From NCBI GenBank assembly GCA_046761065.1, contig JBHIFL010000097.1, positions 1 to 13,126 on the forward strand: a stretch of 13,126 bases of DNA. Direction: 5' to 3'. A model generated the notes under the pieces. That model searched no databases. It was given only the letters and a program-made list of their open reading frames with translations, and was not told the origin of the DNA. This document shows positions 1 through 7,160 of the stretch, in pieces. Position numbers and translations under genes: made by a program. How positions within the stretch are numbered: the stretch's first letter is position 1; every line of letters begins with the position of its first letter. Origin of the DNA: Candidatus Heimdallarchaeota archaeon (lineage in GTDB: Archaea; Asgardarchaeota; Wukongarchaeia; Wukongarchaeales; JBHIFL01).

Positions 1-665
1 GCTTCAGACTCAGATTTAGGAGGTCGAGTGAGCGCATGGTAGATCGCGCTTTTGTTTCCTTCCCTTAGAGCCTTAGCGACTAAATATTCAATTATCGACA
101 CATTCTCGGCGTGTACTCCTACAAGTCCTCGATATGGCTTTATTTTCTCAAAAATTGCCAGCAGTGCACCATCATCAACTATCCATCCTTCCTTTCTATA
201 AACCATGAATATTTTAAAGGATGGAATACCGTACTTAATTATTTCCGGGAGTTGCTCTATTGTATCGGGTGTAGGATCAGTAATACCAGAATGCACTGAG
301 TAATCAATAACAGCATTACCATCTGCCTCTTCTCTTCGAGCTTTAATAGCTTCCATTGGAAGGCTGCCTTTCTTTTGCATTGCGAAATCAATAACCGTAG
401 TCACTCCTCCAGAGGCAGCTGCCATTGTCCCTGTTTCCCAGGTATCCAAAGAGACAGCACCCATGAAATGAGTGTAAAAATGGACATGTGGATCAATAAG
501 TCCTGGCAGTACAAATTTTTCATTTGCATCAATTACCCTTTCTGCCTTAGGAATGGTTGCAGATGATCCGATTCCCACTATTTTTCCATTATCAATTGCA
601 ATGCTTGTATTAATAGAAGTATCTGGGAAAACCACTTTTCCATTTGTTATTAGGAGGTCTATCAT
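1..665 (-). CDS. hydA: Dihydropyrimidinase / D-hydantoinase (cyclic amidohydrolase family); 3' end lies beyond the left window edge
   Basis: Not in the ORF track. Manual translation from ATG at 665 gives MIDLLITNGKVVFPDTSINTSIAIDNGKIVGIG...VIDANEKFVLPGLIDPHVHF...DTWETGTMAAASGGVTTVIDFAMQ...IDYSVHSG...GIPSFKIFMVY...VGVHAEN...HALTRPPKSESEA, open to the edge. It has the HxH metal motif, GGVTT, SFK (carboxylated Lys), HAEN and RP..E.EA. Confidence 0.92.
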   Translation of the reverse strand, partial: MIDLLITNGKVVFPDTSINTSIAIDNGKIVGIGSSATIPKAERVIDANEKFVLPGLIDPHVHFYTHFMGAVSLDTWETGTMAAASGGVTTVIDFAMQKKGSLPMEAIKARREEADGNAVIDYSVHSGITDPTPDTIEQLPEIIKYGIPSFKIFMVYRKEGWIVDDGALLAIFEKIKPYRGLVGVHAENVSIIEYLVAKALREGNKSAIYHALTRPPKSESE

Positions 666-696
666 TTAAATCCCGAAAAGTATTCCTATTTAATTG

Positions 697-711
697 CTTT
701 ATATTTTTTCG
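697..711 (-). promoter_or_regulatory. Archaeal-type BRE + TATA promoter of the dihydropyrimidinase gene
   Basis: Minus strand reads CGAAAAAATATAAAG: purine-rich BRE followed by TATAAA about 33 nt upstream of the ATG, implying a very short leader. Confidence 0.5.
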
Positions 712-902
712 CACGCTCAAGAATTTCAGTAAAAATTCCTTTTTTTAATAAATCAACGTTTCAATCCAATAATGCCCTAGTAGTTTTAAAAACATGTTCA
801 TAATTTTCACATAAGGCCATTATAGATATAGATTATTATACAAAGAATCATTTAATGGGTTTCTTTGATTTAAAGTAAAATTTCCGTCTTTGAGGGAAAT
901 AA

Positions 903-2048
903 ATGACTGCGAAAAAAATCTTTGGCATCTATGCCCCTGGAACGAAAAAGGCGGTTGCTGACCTGATACAGTTTAACCTTAATACAATATTTACTGCTCC
1001 TAAGGAAACTTATGTCAATAATGCAAAAAAAGCAGGTTTAAACGTCTACGTCCATATTTGGACCTTTAAAGCTCCTGAATCATCTAATAAATACGGAATC
1101 CAAAATATTTATGGTGACACACTTTTGTGGGCCGACTCAGGGTGCCCCAATAATCCAGAGATCAAGAATCAAAGCCTTAAATGGATCGAAACAGACGCAA
1201 GCAACCTTGATATCGATGGGATCATCCTTGATGGGATAAGATTCCCTTCCCCTGCAAATGGATTAAACACATTTCTTTCTTGTTTTTGCAAGTATTGCCA
1301 CAACGCGGCCAGAGAATACGCTTTAGATCTTACGGAGATAAAAAAAGAGCTTAAAAATATTTTAAAAGATGGAGGTAAGTCTGTTTATAGCATTATGACT
1401 CCAATAGATATGTTACATCTTTTAGTTAGCCACCGAGCTGCATTCAACTGGATTATCTTTAAGTGCCAGACCATTGAGACACATCTACAAGCTGTAAGGC
1501 AAAAAATACAGGATTTGGGAATGGACCTAGACCTGGGTGTCGCCCTGTTCACCCCAAGTTTGGCTCCACTGGTAGGGCAGGATTATCAGAAAATAGCCGC
1601 TCATGTCGATTTAATACAACCAATGGTATATCATCGAGGGAAGGGGCCAGCTTGTATAAATCACGAATTAGCCAGCTTGATTCTAGCATTACCATCCAAC
1701 CGAGAAAAACCAGAAATACTCGATGCATTATATAGGGTTTTTTGGCAAAAAGATCTAAATTTTCCGAAAGAACTTGATTTACTTCAAAAGGACGGACTTC
1801 CACCGGAGGTGGTCTCAATTGAGATCAATCGCGCGATCCAATTGATACAAAGGGCTAACATAAAACTAAACCCTATAGTTTTCATCGAAGAGGCGACAGA
1901 TCAAGAACTGATTGAACTTTTCAGACCTATCAATCGGCGGAAAACTCATGGATTATCTTTGTTCGCATATTCTACACGACTAGCATGCACGAAATTAGAC
2001 CTAGGAAAATTGATGAAAACAGCATCACAAGATACTACAATACCGTAA
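903..2048 (+). CDS. Putative glycoside-hydrolase-like TIM-barrel protein (GHL10/GHL6-like), substrate unknown
   Basis: 381-aa ORF with GCPNNPEI, IDGIILDGIRFP, CFCKYC and GQDY..IA.HVD.I.PMVY motifs typical of GHL10-like barrels. No signal peptide. GAGGG precedes the ATG. Confidence 0.6.
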   Translation: MTAKKIFGIYAPGTKKAVADLIQFNLNTIFTAPKETYVNNAKKAGLNVYVHIWTFKAPESSNKYGIQNIYGDTLLWADSGCPNNPEIKNQSLKWIETDASNLDIDGIILDGIRFPSPANGLNTFLSCFCKYCHNAAREYALDLTEIKKELKNILKDGGKSVYSIMTPIDMLHLLVSHRAAFNWIIFKCQTIETHLQAVRQKIQDLGMDLDLGVALFTPSLAPLVGQDYQKIAAHVDLIQPMVYHRGKGPACINHELASLILALPSNREKPEILDALYRVFWQKDLNFPKELDLLQKDGLPPEVVSIEINRAIQLIQRANIKLNPIVFIEEATDQELIELFRPINRRKTHGLSLFAYSTRLACTKLDLGKLMKTASQDTTIP

Positions 2049-2318
2049 CTTACATAATTTAATCAGAAACGTCTTAGGATACAGCTAGATTGAGCAAAAA
2101 TTCTACTGGTAATTGCCAAATATTAGAAAATCAATTATTTCTTTATAAAAAGCAAAAGCTCTTATCATTTTAAAATAAATGTTTTTAAAGCACCGCTTCT
2201 CTTTTTTATTGGTTATGCAGATATGATAGATATGGTGCTGGTTAAACTTATCCTCTTTGAGCGGCTTACTCCATCTTATTTTAGAAACGCTCTTGGATTG
2301 AATAGATATTTTAACTGA

Positions 2319-3563
2319 TTAAAGGACTCTACTTACGCTTTCTCGAATGCGAATGTTTCTTTTGGCTAATTCCTCTAAGATACGTTCTGCAAGGTCTTTG
2401 TTACCTCCAACCTTTCCCACATGAATCACCCCTTTCTCCTTGAACTCCCCCCGAGCAAGCATCTGACTTACTATTGCACAAGGAAAGGCGGTAGTTCGTC
2501 CCATTGCTGTTACATTATCTTCGGGATCATAAAAATCGATCATTTCATAGGTATACATTGTTTGTTTTCCGTTTGTCTCACCACTCACTTCAACTCTCAA
2601 GACACAAGCATCTCCTTCGCCTTTTTCATATCTCCAATACCTTTCGCCTATCGCGACTAGAAATTCAAATGGACTAATCTCATATCCATCGTCGAGATAT
2701 GTGACTTCATCAAATACATGTCCCTCCTTAGGTGGTTTAACCTTAAATGAGATCTTTAACGGCTTAAAACTAGTTAGATTCAAATCAATTAGTTTTTTCC
2801 AGAGATCACAGTGGCCAGGCCACCGTACCGTTTTATCCCACGCGTCTGTTACGTCACTTAAGTTGAGCTGTTCGATCAGGTCAAATGGAGCGCCGGTATA
2901 GAATGCTTCGCACTCACCAATGGGTTCAGGAAATCGTATAAGCTCTGGATTTCCAGGACCGCCCAATCTATCGACGTCAACAATTTTTCCATCTCGAATA
3001 ATTTTAGTTTTCCCCAGATATGACTTCATTGCCCTAAACCAGGCCCAAGAAACTTTATAGCGTAATAAATTGTTGTACGCTGGCGTGTTTTTTTGAGGAA
3101 ACCCACCTGCGTACATATGGATTGATTTAACGTTATCCAGTTGGCTTACCCCTTTTCCTTTACAGAATAGATCAATTCCCACGTCAAAACCAAACGAGGG
3201 AATAACCGTAACCCCTGCATCCTTCGCCGCTTCATCAAGCTCAAATACCTGGGAAGGGTTCCCGATGTCTGTAAATGGGACACCTGCCTCAATGGCCGAT
3301 GCTGTTGCTCCAACTTGATGCTCTCTTAAGAGAGCGCTTGCAACCACGTCAAAATCCTTCCGCATAAGATTGACAAGTTGGACGTGATTTTCAGCATCGA
3401 TTTGCTCCGCTTGGATTTTGTCGCTCCCGAGTTCCTTTATAACCTGCTGCACCCATTTGACATTTCTATCCGCTGCAACGAGTTCTGATACCTCCTCACT
3501 TCGCGTTAATTCTTTGAGCAAAGTAGTACCTATTTTTCCGATACCTAACACCAGAATTCGCAT
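2319..3563 (-). CDS. Saccharopine dehydrogenase family / lysine 6-dehydrogenase-like NAD(P)-dependent oxidoreductase
   Basis: N-terminal Rossmann motif ILVLGIGKIG, then GGFPQ...YKVSW, EAFYT, KTVRWPGH and TAMGRTTAFP. Start moved to ATG 3563 (MRILVLG) because AGGTG lies 6 nt upstream. Confidence 0.85.
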   Translation of the reverse strand: MRILVLGIGKIGTTLLKELTRSEEVSELVAADRNVKWVQQVIKELGSDKIQAEQIDAENHVQLVNLMRKDFDVVASALLREHQVGATASAIEAGVPFTDIGNPSQVFELDEAAKDAGVTVIPSFGFDVGIDLFCKGKGVSQLDNVKSIHMYAGGFPQKNTPAYNNLLRYKVSWAWFRAMKSYLGKTKIIRDGKIVDVDRLGGPGNPELIRFPEPIGECEAFYTGAPFDLIEQLNLSDVTDAWDKTVRWPGHCDLWKKLIDLNLTSFKPLKISFKVKPPKEGHVFDEVTYLDDGYEISPFEFLVAIGERYWRYEKGEGDACVLRVEVSGETNGKQTMYTYEMIDFYDPEDNVTAMGRTTAFPCAIVSQMLARGEFKEKGVIHVGKVGGNKDLAERILEELAKRNIRIRESVSRVL

Positions 3564-3779
3564 ACAAGACACCTTAAGAGAGAAGTTTTAATAAACTAAT
3601 AAAAATATAACTCACTATTTCTAAAAATCAGGCGACTGAAAAAAAATACAGTGGGGTATCACTCAATTCAGGTAAAATTTCTATTATTTAAGGAATTGAA
3701 AGAACTACTTCTGGCATTGGTCTGTAACTTTAGGTTAAATTAAAAATTGGAAGGTATGTAAAAAGTCAATAATAAGCTG

Positions 3780-4364
3780 TTATACTGGTTTCTTTGGCTT
3801 ATACGGTTTCCAACCACGTTTTTTTCTAAACTCATTTAGTAATTTAATTGCCTTCTCTATGTCTTCGTTTTTCATCTTCTTCGATTTTAAAATTGCCATA
3901 TAAAGGATCCATGTGCGGCTATTGATTTTTCTTTCAGGCATTCCTTGAACTAAGTCTTCTTCAAGCTCATTCAAAATTGCCTGAATTTCGTTAAGATCGC
4001 TAAGCCCCTTTTGGCCGATATCTTGAACTTCACGCCCCAAGTACAAGTTACCTTTCTTAATTTCTACAAATTTTCCTTTCTCATATGTTACTCTTTTCTT
4101 CACAATACGATCAAAGTAGATATAATTATCATACCATTCCTCATTTCTTTTCCGTAATTCTTCCAGAAGGAAAGCTCTTATCTCGCGTGTAGTCGTTCTT
4201 TCTTCTATCTGTGCGCTGATTTTTTCAGCTATTTCAAAGGCCATATCTTCAGGAACGCCAACATTTAGAAGTGAGTTGACTATTTTTTGTTTTTCAAAGG
4301 TTTGCGAAGATCCATCCATTTTAACTATTTTCTTTGGAGAGTTTCTTGGCACCAATCCCACCAA
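3780..4364 (-). CDS. ATP-cone domain protein fused to an uncharacterised helical C-terminal domain
   Basis: N-terminus KIVKMDGSSQTFEKQKIVNSL...IAEKI...TTTREIRAFLLEEL fits the ATP-cone pattern (V.K.DG....FD..KI...I...T.EI). The ~100-aa C-terminus is not recognised. The start may be the in-frame GTG at 4352. Confidence 0.8.
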   Translation of the reverse strand: MVGLVPRNSPKKIVKMDGSSQTFEKQKIVNSLLNVGVPEDMAFEIAEKISAQIEERTTTREIRAFLLEELRKRNEEWYDNYIYFDRIVKKRVTYEKGKFVEIKKGNLYLGREVQDIGQKGLSDLNEIQAILNELEEDLVQGMPERKINSRTWILYMAILKSKKMKNEDIEKAIKLLNEFRKKRGWKPYKPKKPV

Positions 4365-4390
4365 AATTCATTAGTTATTATTGAATTTTG
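4362..4390. promoter_or_regulatory. 9-bp inverted repeat (candidate operator) at the 5' end of the ATP-cone gene
   Basis: CAAAATTCA (4362-4370) - 11 nt - TGAATTTTG (4382-4390), a perfect inverted repeat. Confidence 0.35.
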
Positions 4391-4474
4391 AGTCTTACTA
4401 TGATCACTATGTAGCACGCTATTAGCTATGTATACAAAATATCAATTAAGAATCAATAAATGAGTAAAATTGAA

Positions 4475-4756
4475 TTATATCACAGGTAATTCGTCAATAA
4501 CACTAGGTAAAGGTTTACCTTCTCTTAAATGACGCAAAAGCTCCAGTAGGCGTGCGACAATCACTCCCTTCCTGAATTTTTTCCGTTCTTGGGTTTCAAA
4601 GATAATTTTTGCAATTTCGTCTGGGGAAACCTGAAATCCTTGGGCTAGACTCCAAAGAGCGTTAAAAAGACCGTCTAACATTAACATTTCACTGCGTTCT
4701 TCGTCAAACAATAGTTCAATTGTTTGACGAATCATTGATAGTCCATGTTCTTGCAA
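4475..4756 (-). CDS. Small helical hypothetical protein, paralog A (93 aa), weakly GspF/PilC (T2SSF) cytoplasmic-domain-like
   Basis: Colinear, gap-free paralog of 5608-5889. Starting at TTG 4756 (M-QEHGLSM) gives exactly the same length and register as paralog B (M-FKHGVAM), so the track's longer start at 4792 is probably wrong. Confidence 0.85.
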   Translation of the reverse strand: MQEHGLSMIRQTIELLFDEERSEMLMLDGLFNALWSLAQGFQVSPDEIAKIIFETQERKKFRKGVIVARLLELLRHLREGKPLPSVIDELPVI

Positions 4757-4977
4757 ATTTAAATCCCTACATCCTTTGTTGATATTGAACATGTAATTTT
4801 TGCTAATATCTATAAGGGGCTGTACGGATCCTTTGATTCAGTAAGAATTCGTAGCTACAACTTTCCTGTACTATGCTACTTAAATGCAAGTGTTCTCTGG
4901 ATATATATTAAAGAAAATACAACCTATTCTTCGAATAACAATATAAGAATCTCTAATTCATTAATAGGAGAACAACA

Positions 4978-5574
4978 ATGGGACGAAAAAAAATCCCCGT
5001 TTTAAATGATTATATGGGAGAAAAGGCCCAAGTTTATGAGCGACGACGAGGTCTTAAACGAATAAAAACTACGACAACTACTAGAGCATTAGAACTTCTT
5101 GATTTAGAAAAAAAAGCTTTCATCCTTGATATCGGGTGTGGGACTGGCTGGTCTACAGAGATTATAAAAAACGAAGGTCATATTGTTATAGGTCTGGATT
5201 TATCAAAAGAAATGATTAAATTAGCCCAAAAAAAAGGATTTGAAACGATAATCGCAGATATGAGATATATTGGGATTAAAAGTAATTATCTTGACGGTAG
5301 CATCTCCATTTCTGCTTTAAATTTTGTTGCAGAAAAATCCAAAACAAAGAAGGAAGTAAGAAATAATTATACCAAGGTAGCAAGCGAAATATTTCGAATT
5401 TTAAAACCAGGAGGGAGAGCCATTTTTGAATATTATCCCCAATCAGATTTAGAATTAAAGATTTCAACACAAGTATTTTCTTCAGTTGGATTTCTGGGTG
5501 GGTTAATTATTGATGGAGTTGGAACAAGAAAAGAACAAAAATTTCTGGTTCTTGAGAAGCCCAAGAAAAAATAA
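4978..5574 (+). CDS. Class I SAM-dependent methyltransferase, Bud23/WBSCR22-like (putative SSU rRNA guanine-N7 methyltransferase)
   Basis: SAM motif FILDIGCGTG and GLDLS. Family-specific segments TRALELLDL, DGSISISAL, LKPGGRAIFEYYP and GFLGGLIID...K..KFLVL. AGGAG SD at 4966-4970. Confidence 0.85.
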   Translation: MGRKKIPVLNDYMGEKAQVYERRRGLKRIKTTTTTRALELLDLEKKAFILDIGCGTGWSTEIIKNEGHIVIGLDLSKEMIKLAQKKGFETIIADMRYIGIKSNYLDGSISISALNFVAEKSKTKKEVRNNYTKVASEIFRILKPGGRAIFEYYPQSDLELKISTQVFSSVGFLGGLIIDGVGTRKEQKFLVLEKPKKK

Positions 5575-5587
5575 CATTTAAAGGAGT

Positions 5588-5604
5588 AAAAAATGTCATT
5601 TTTT
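5588..5604. terminator. Probable bidirectional T-tract terminator between convergent genes
   Basis: Perfect dyad AAAAAATG-T-CATTTTTT places a T6 tract just downstream of both convergent stop codons (5574 on +, 5608 on -). Confidence 0.5.
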
Positions 5605-5607
5605 GAA

Positions 5608-5889
5608 TTAGAAGACGGAGGAATCTTCAATTGCGCCCGATAATGGTTTTCCCTCTCTTGAAGCTCGTATAAGCTCCATTAAGCGAGCAGCAATCACTCC
5701 TTTCTTGATTTTTTTCCGTTCCTGTGTTTCAAAGATAATTCTAGCAATTTCTGTGAGAGGGACTTGAAATTCTTGCGCCAAGACCCACAAAGCATTAAAA
5801 ATGCCATCTAATATTAACATTTCACCGCTTTCTTCTTCAAATAATAAATCGATGGTCTGTTGAATCATTGCAACTCCATGTTTAAACAA
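5608..5889 (-). CDS. Small helical hypothetical protein, paralog B (93 aa), weakly GspF/PilC (T2SSF) cytoplasmic-domain-like
   Basis: TTG start with AAGGA upstream. 61/93 residues are identical to paralog A by manual count and most differences are conservative, which supports both being coding. Confidence 0.85.
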   Translation of the reverse strand: MFKHGVAMIQQTIDLLFEEESGEMLILDGIFNALWVLAQEFQVPLTEIARIIFETQERKKIKKGVIAARLMELIRASREGKPLSGAIEDSSVF

Positions 5890-6464
5890 GGATTAATCCA
5901 TCCTTCATGTAAAATACAAAAAGGTGCAATCATTTGCAAAGATTACTATTTAAACTTAATTTACACCTCTGAGTAGTAAAACTATTTTCGGTGAAAACTT
6001 GATAACAATTAAAAGATCTATATAAAATTTGAAGCAATTAGTTCTCTTACATATCATTCATTCTCACTCGATGATTTGTAACGTATTACACAGCCGAAAA
6101 TTATTTTTCTTGCTAGATTTCACACTTATAGTGCGTTTTCTATATAATGACTAATGTAAAGGATTATAATGTGTACATTTTCTGCCTTGCTAAAGTTAAG
6201 AGCACATCCTGATCATTAACCCCCTCAAAAAGCTGCTTTATTGGGTTTAATGTGACAATAAACAGCCATAGTTCCCTTCTTCTGCTCCATAGTACTCTAC
6301 TTTGCTAAGTGATTCAAGTTACACCTTTATATTAAAGAAAATTAAATAATATTTAACTATCACCGCGAATTTAATTAAATATAATTAAGTAGTTGCTGCT
6401 ATCCCAAGATTTGAAGTGTATTTTAGTTTTTTATTTTTCATTCAATACAAAAGAGCAAGATTAT

Positions 6465-7094
6465 ATGATAAAAGTTGTCTCCCTTGATATTGGTGGCACT
6501 CTTATTGATGACCAATATGGGAACTATGTTTGGAAGGTAGAGATTCCTCAACTTTATGCTATCAAACGAGGCATAAACTTTGAAGAAGCACAAAATTATG
6601 TTTTAAGGGAATATAATCGTATTGGAAGCAACGATATCCGATGGTATATACCTGAATATTGGTTTGAACATTTCAATTTGGATGGAGATCCACTTGAGGT
6701 TTTTCGAGACCATATTGATAAAGTGAGATTTTATCCAGAGGTATCATCAGTGCTAGTAACCTTAAGTCAAAACTATGAGTTGATTATTACTAGTGGTGGT
6801 CTAACAAATATTATTGAACTTATTATAAAGCCATTCAGGCATTATTTCAAACAAATTTTCGCGTCATTAGATCATCGGGAGAGGAAGACTCCCCAATTCT
6901 ATGAAAGGATCTATAAGGTATTAAAAATTGAACCGGAAACCCTTGTACACGTTGGAGATGATTGGGAATTAGACTTCATTGCTCCACAAAGCATAGGCAT
7001 TAAAAGTTTATATTTGGATAGAACTGGCACGGAAAGCGGACAATTTATTATCAAAGACTTACAGGAATTGGAAGACTGTTTGGATAATTTTTGA
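6465..7094 (+). CDS. HAD-superfamily hydrolase (subfamily IA, phosphatase/nucleotidase-like)
   Basis: Motif I SLDIGGTL, motif II IITSG, motif III RKTP, motif IV HVGDDWELD. The likely start is ATG 6465 (MIKVVSLD) rather than TTG 6393. Confidence 0.88.
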   Translation: MIKVVSLDIGGTLIDDQYGNYVWKVEIPQLYAIKRGINFEEAQNYVLREYNRIGSNDIRWYIPEYWFEHFNLDGDPLEVFRDHIDKVRFYPEVSSVLVTLSQNYELIITSGGLTNIIELIIKPFRHYFKQIFASLDHRERKTPQFYERIYKVLKIEPETLVHVGDDWELDFIAPQSIGIKSLYLDRTGTESGQFIIKDLQELEDCLDNF

Positions 7095-7160
7095 ATTTAT
7101 TGAGCATCTAATCCAAAAAATAGGAATAAACGGGAGCCACATCTCCTAGATCTCCGAAAA

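Larger units (their letters stand above)
4475..5889 (-). repeat. Diverged direct duplication: 4475-4756 and 5608-5889 (282 nt each) bracketing the methyltransferase
   Basis: Shared nucleotide blocks such as TTTCAAAGATAATT, TTTTTCCGTTC, ATTAACATTTCAC and GAATCATTG occur in both copies in the same orientation. Confidence 0.85.

Noticed and set aside
111-566. ORFs 111..299 and 375..566 (+)
   Set aside because: Antisense shadows of the minus-strand dihydropyrimidinase.
1549-2901. ORFs 1549..1818 (-), 2421..2660 (+) and 2701..2901 (+)
   Set aside because: Antisense to well-supported genes and without motifs.
5276-5630. ORFs 5276..5470 and 5433..5630 (-)
   Set aside because: Antisense to the methyltransferase.
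4475-5889. Twin small proteins as Trm112 activators of the Bud23-like enzyme, or as IS ends/target-site duplications
   Set aside because: They lack the Zn-knuckle/beta pattern of Trm112 and look all-helical. The repeat is a diverged coding duplication with no transposase or terminal inverted repeats.
6371-6388. Palindrome TTAATTA-AATA-TAATTAA
   Set aside because: A/T-only in a very AT-rich spacer, so expected by chance or simply promoter sequence.
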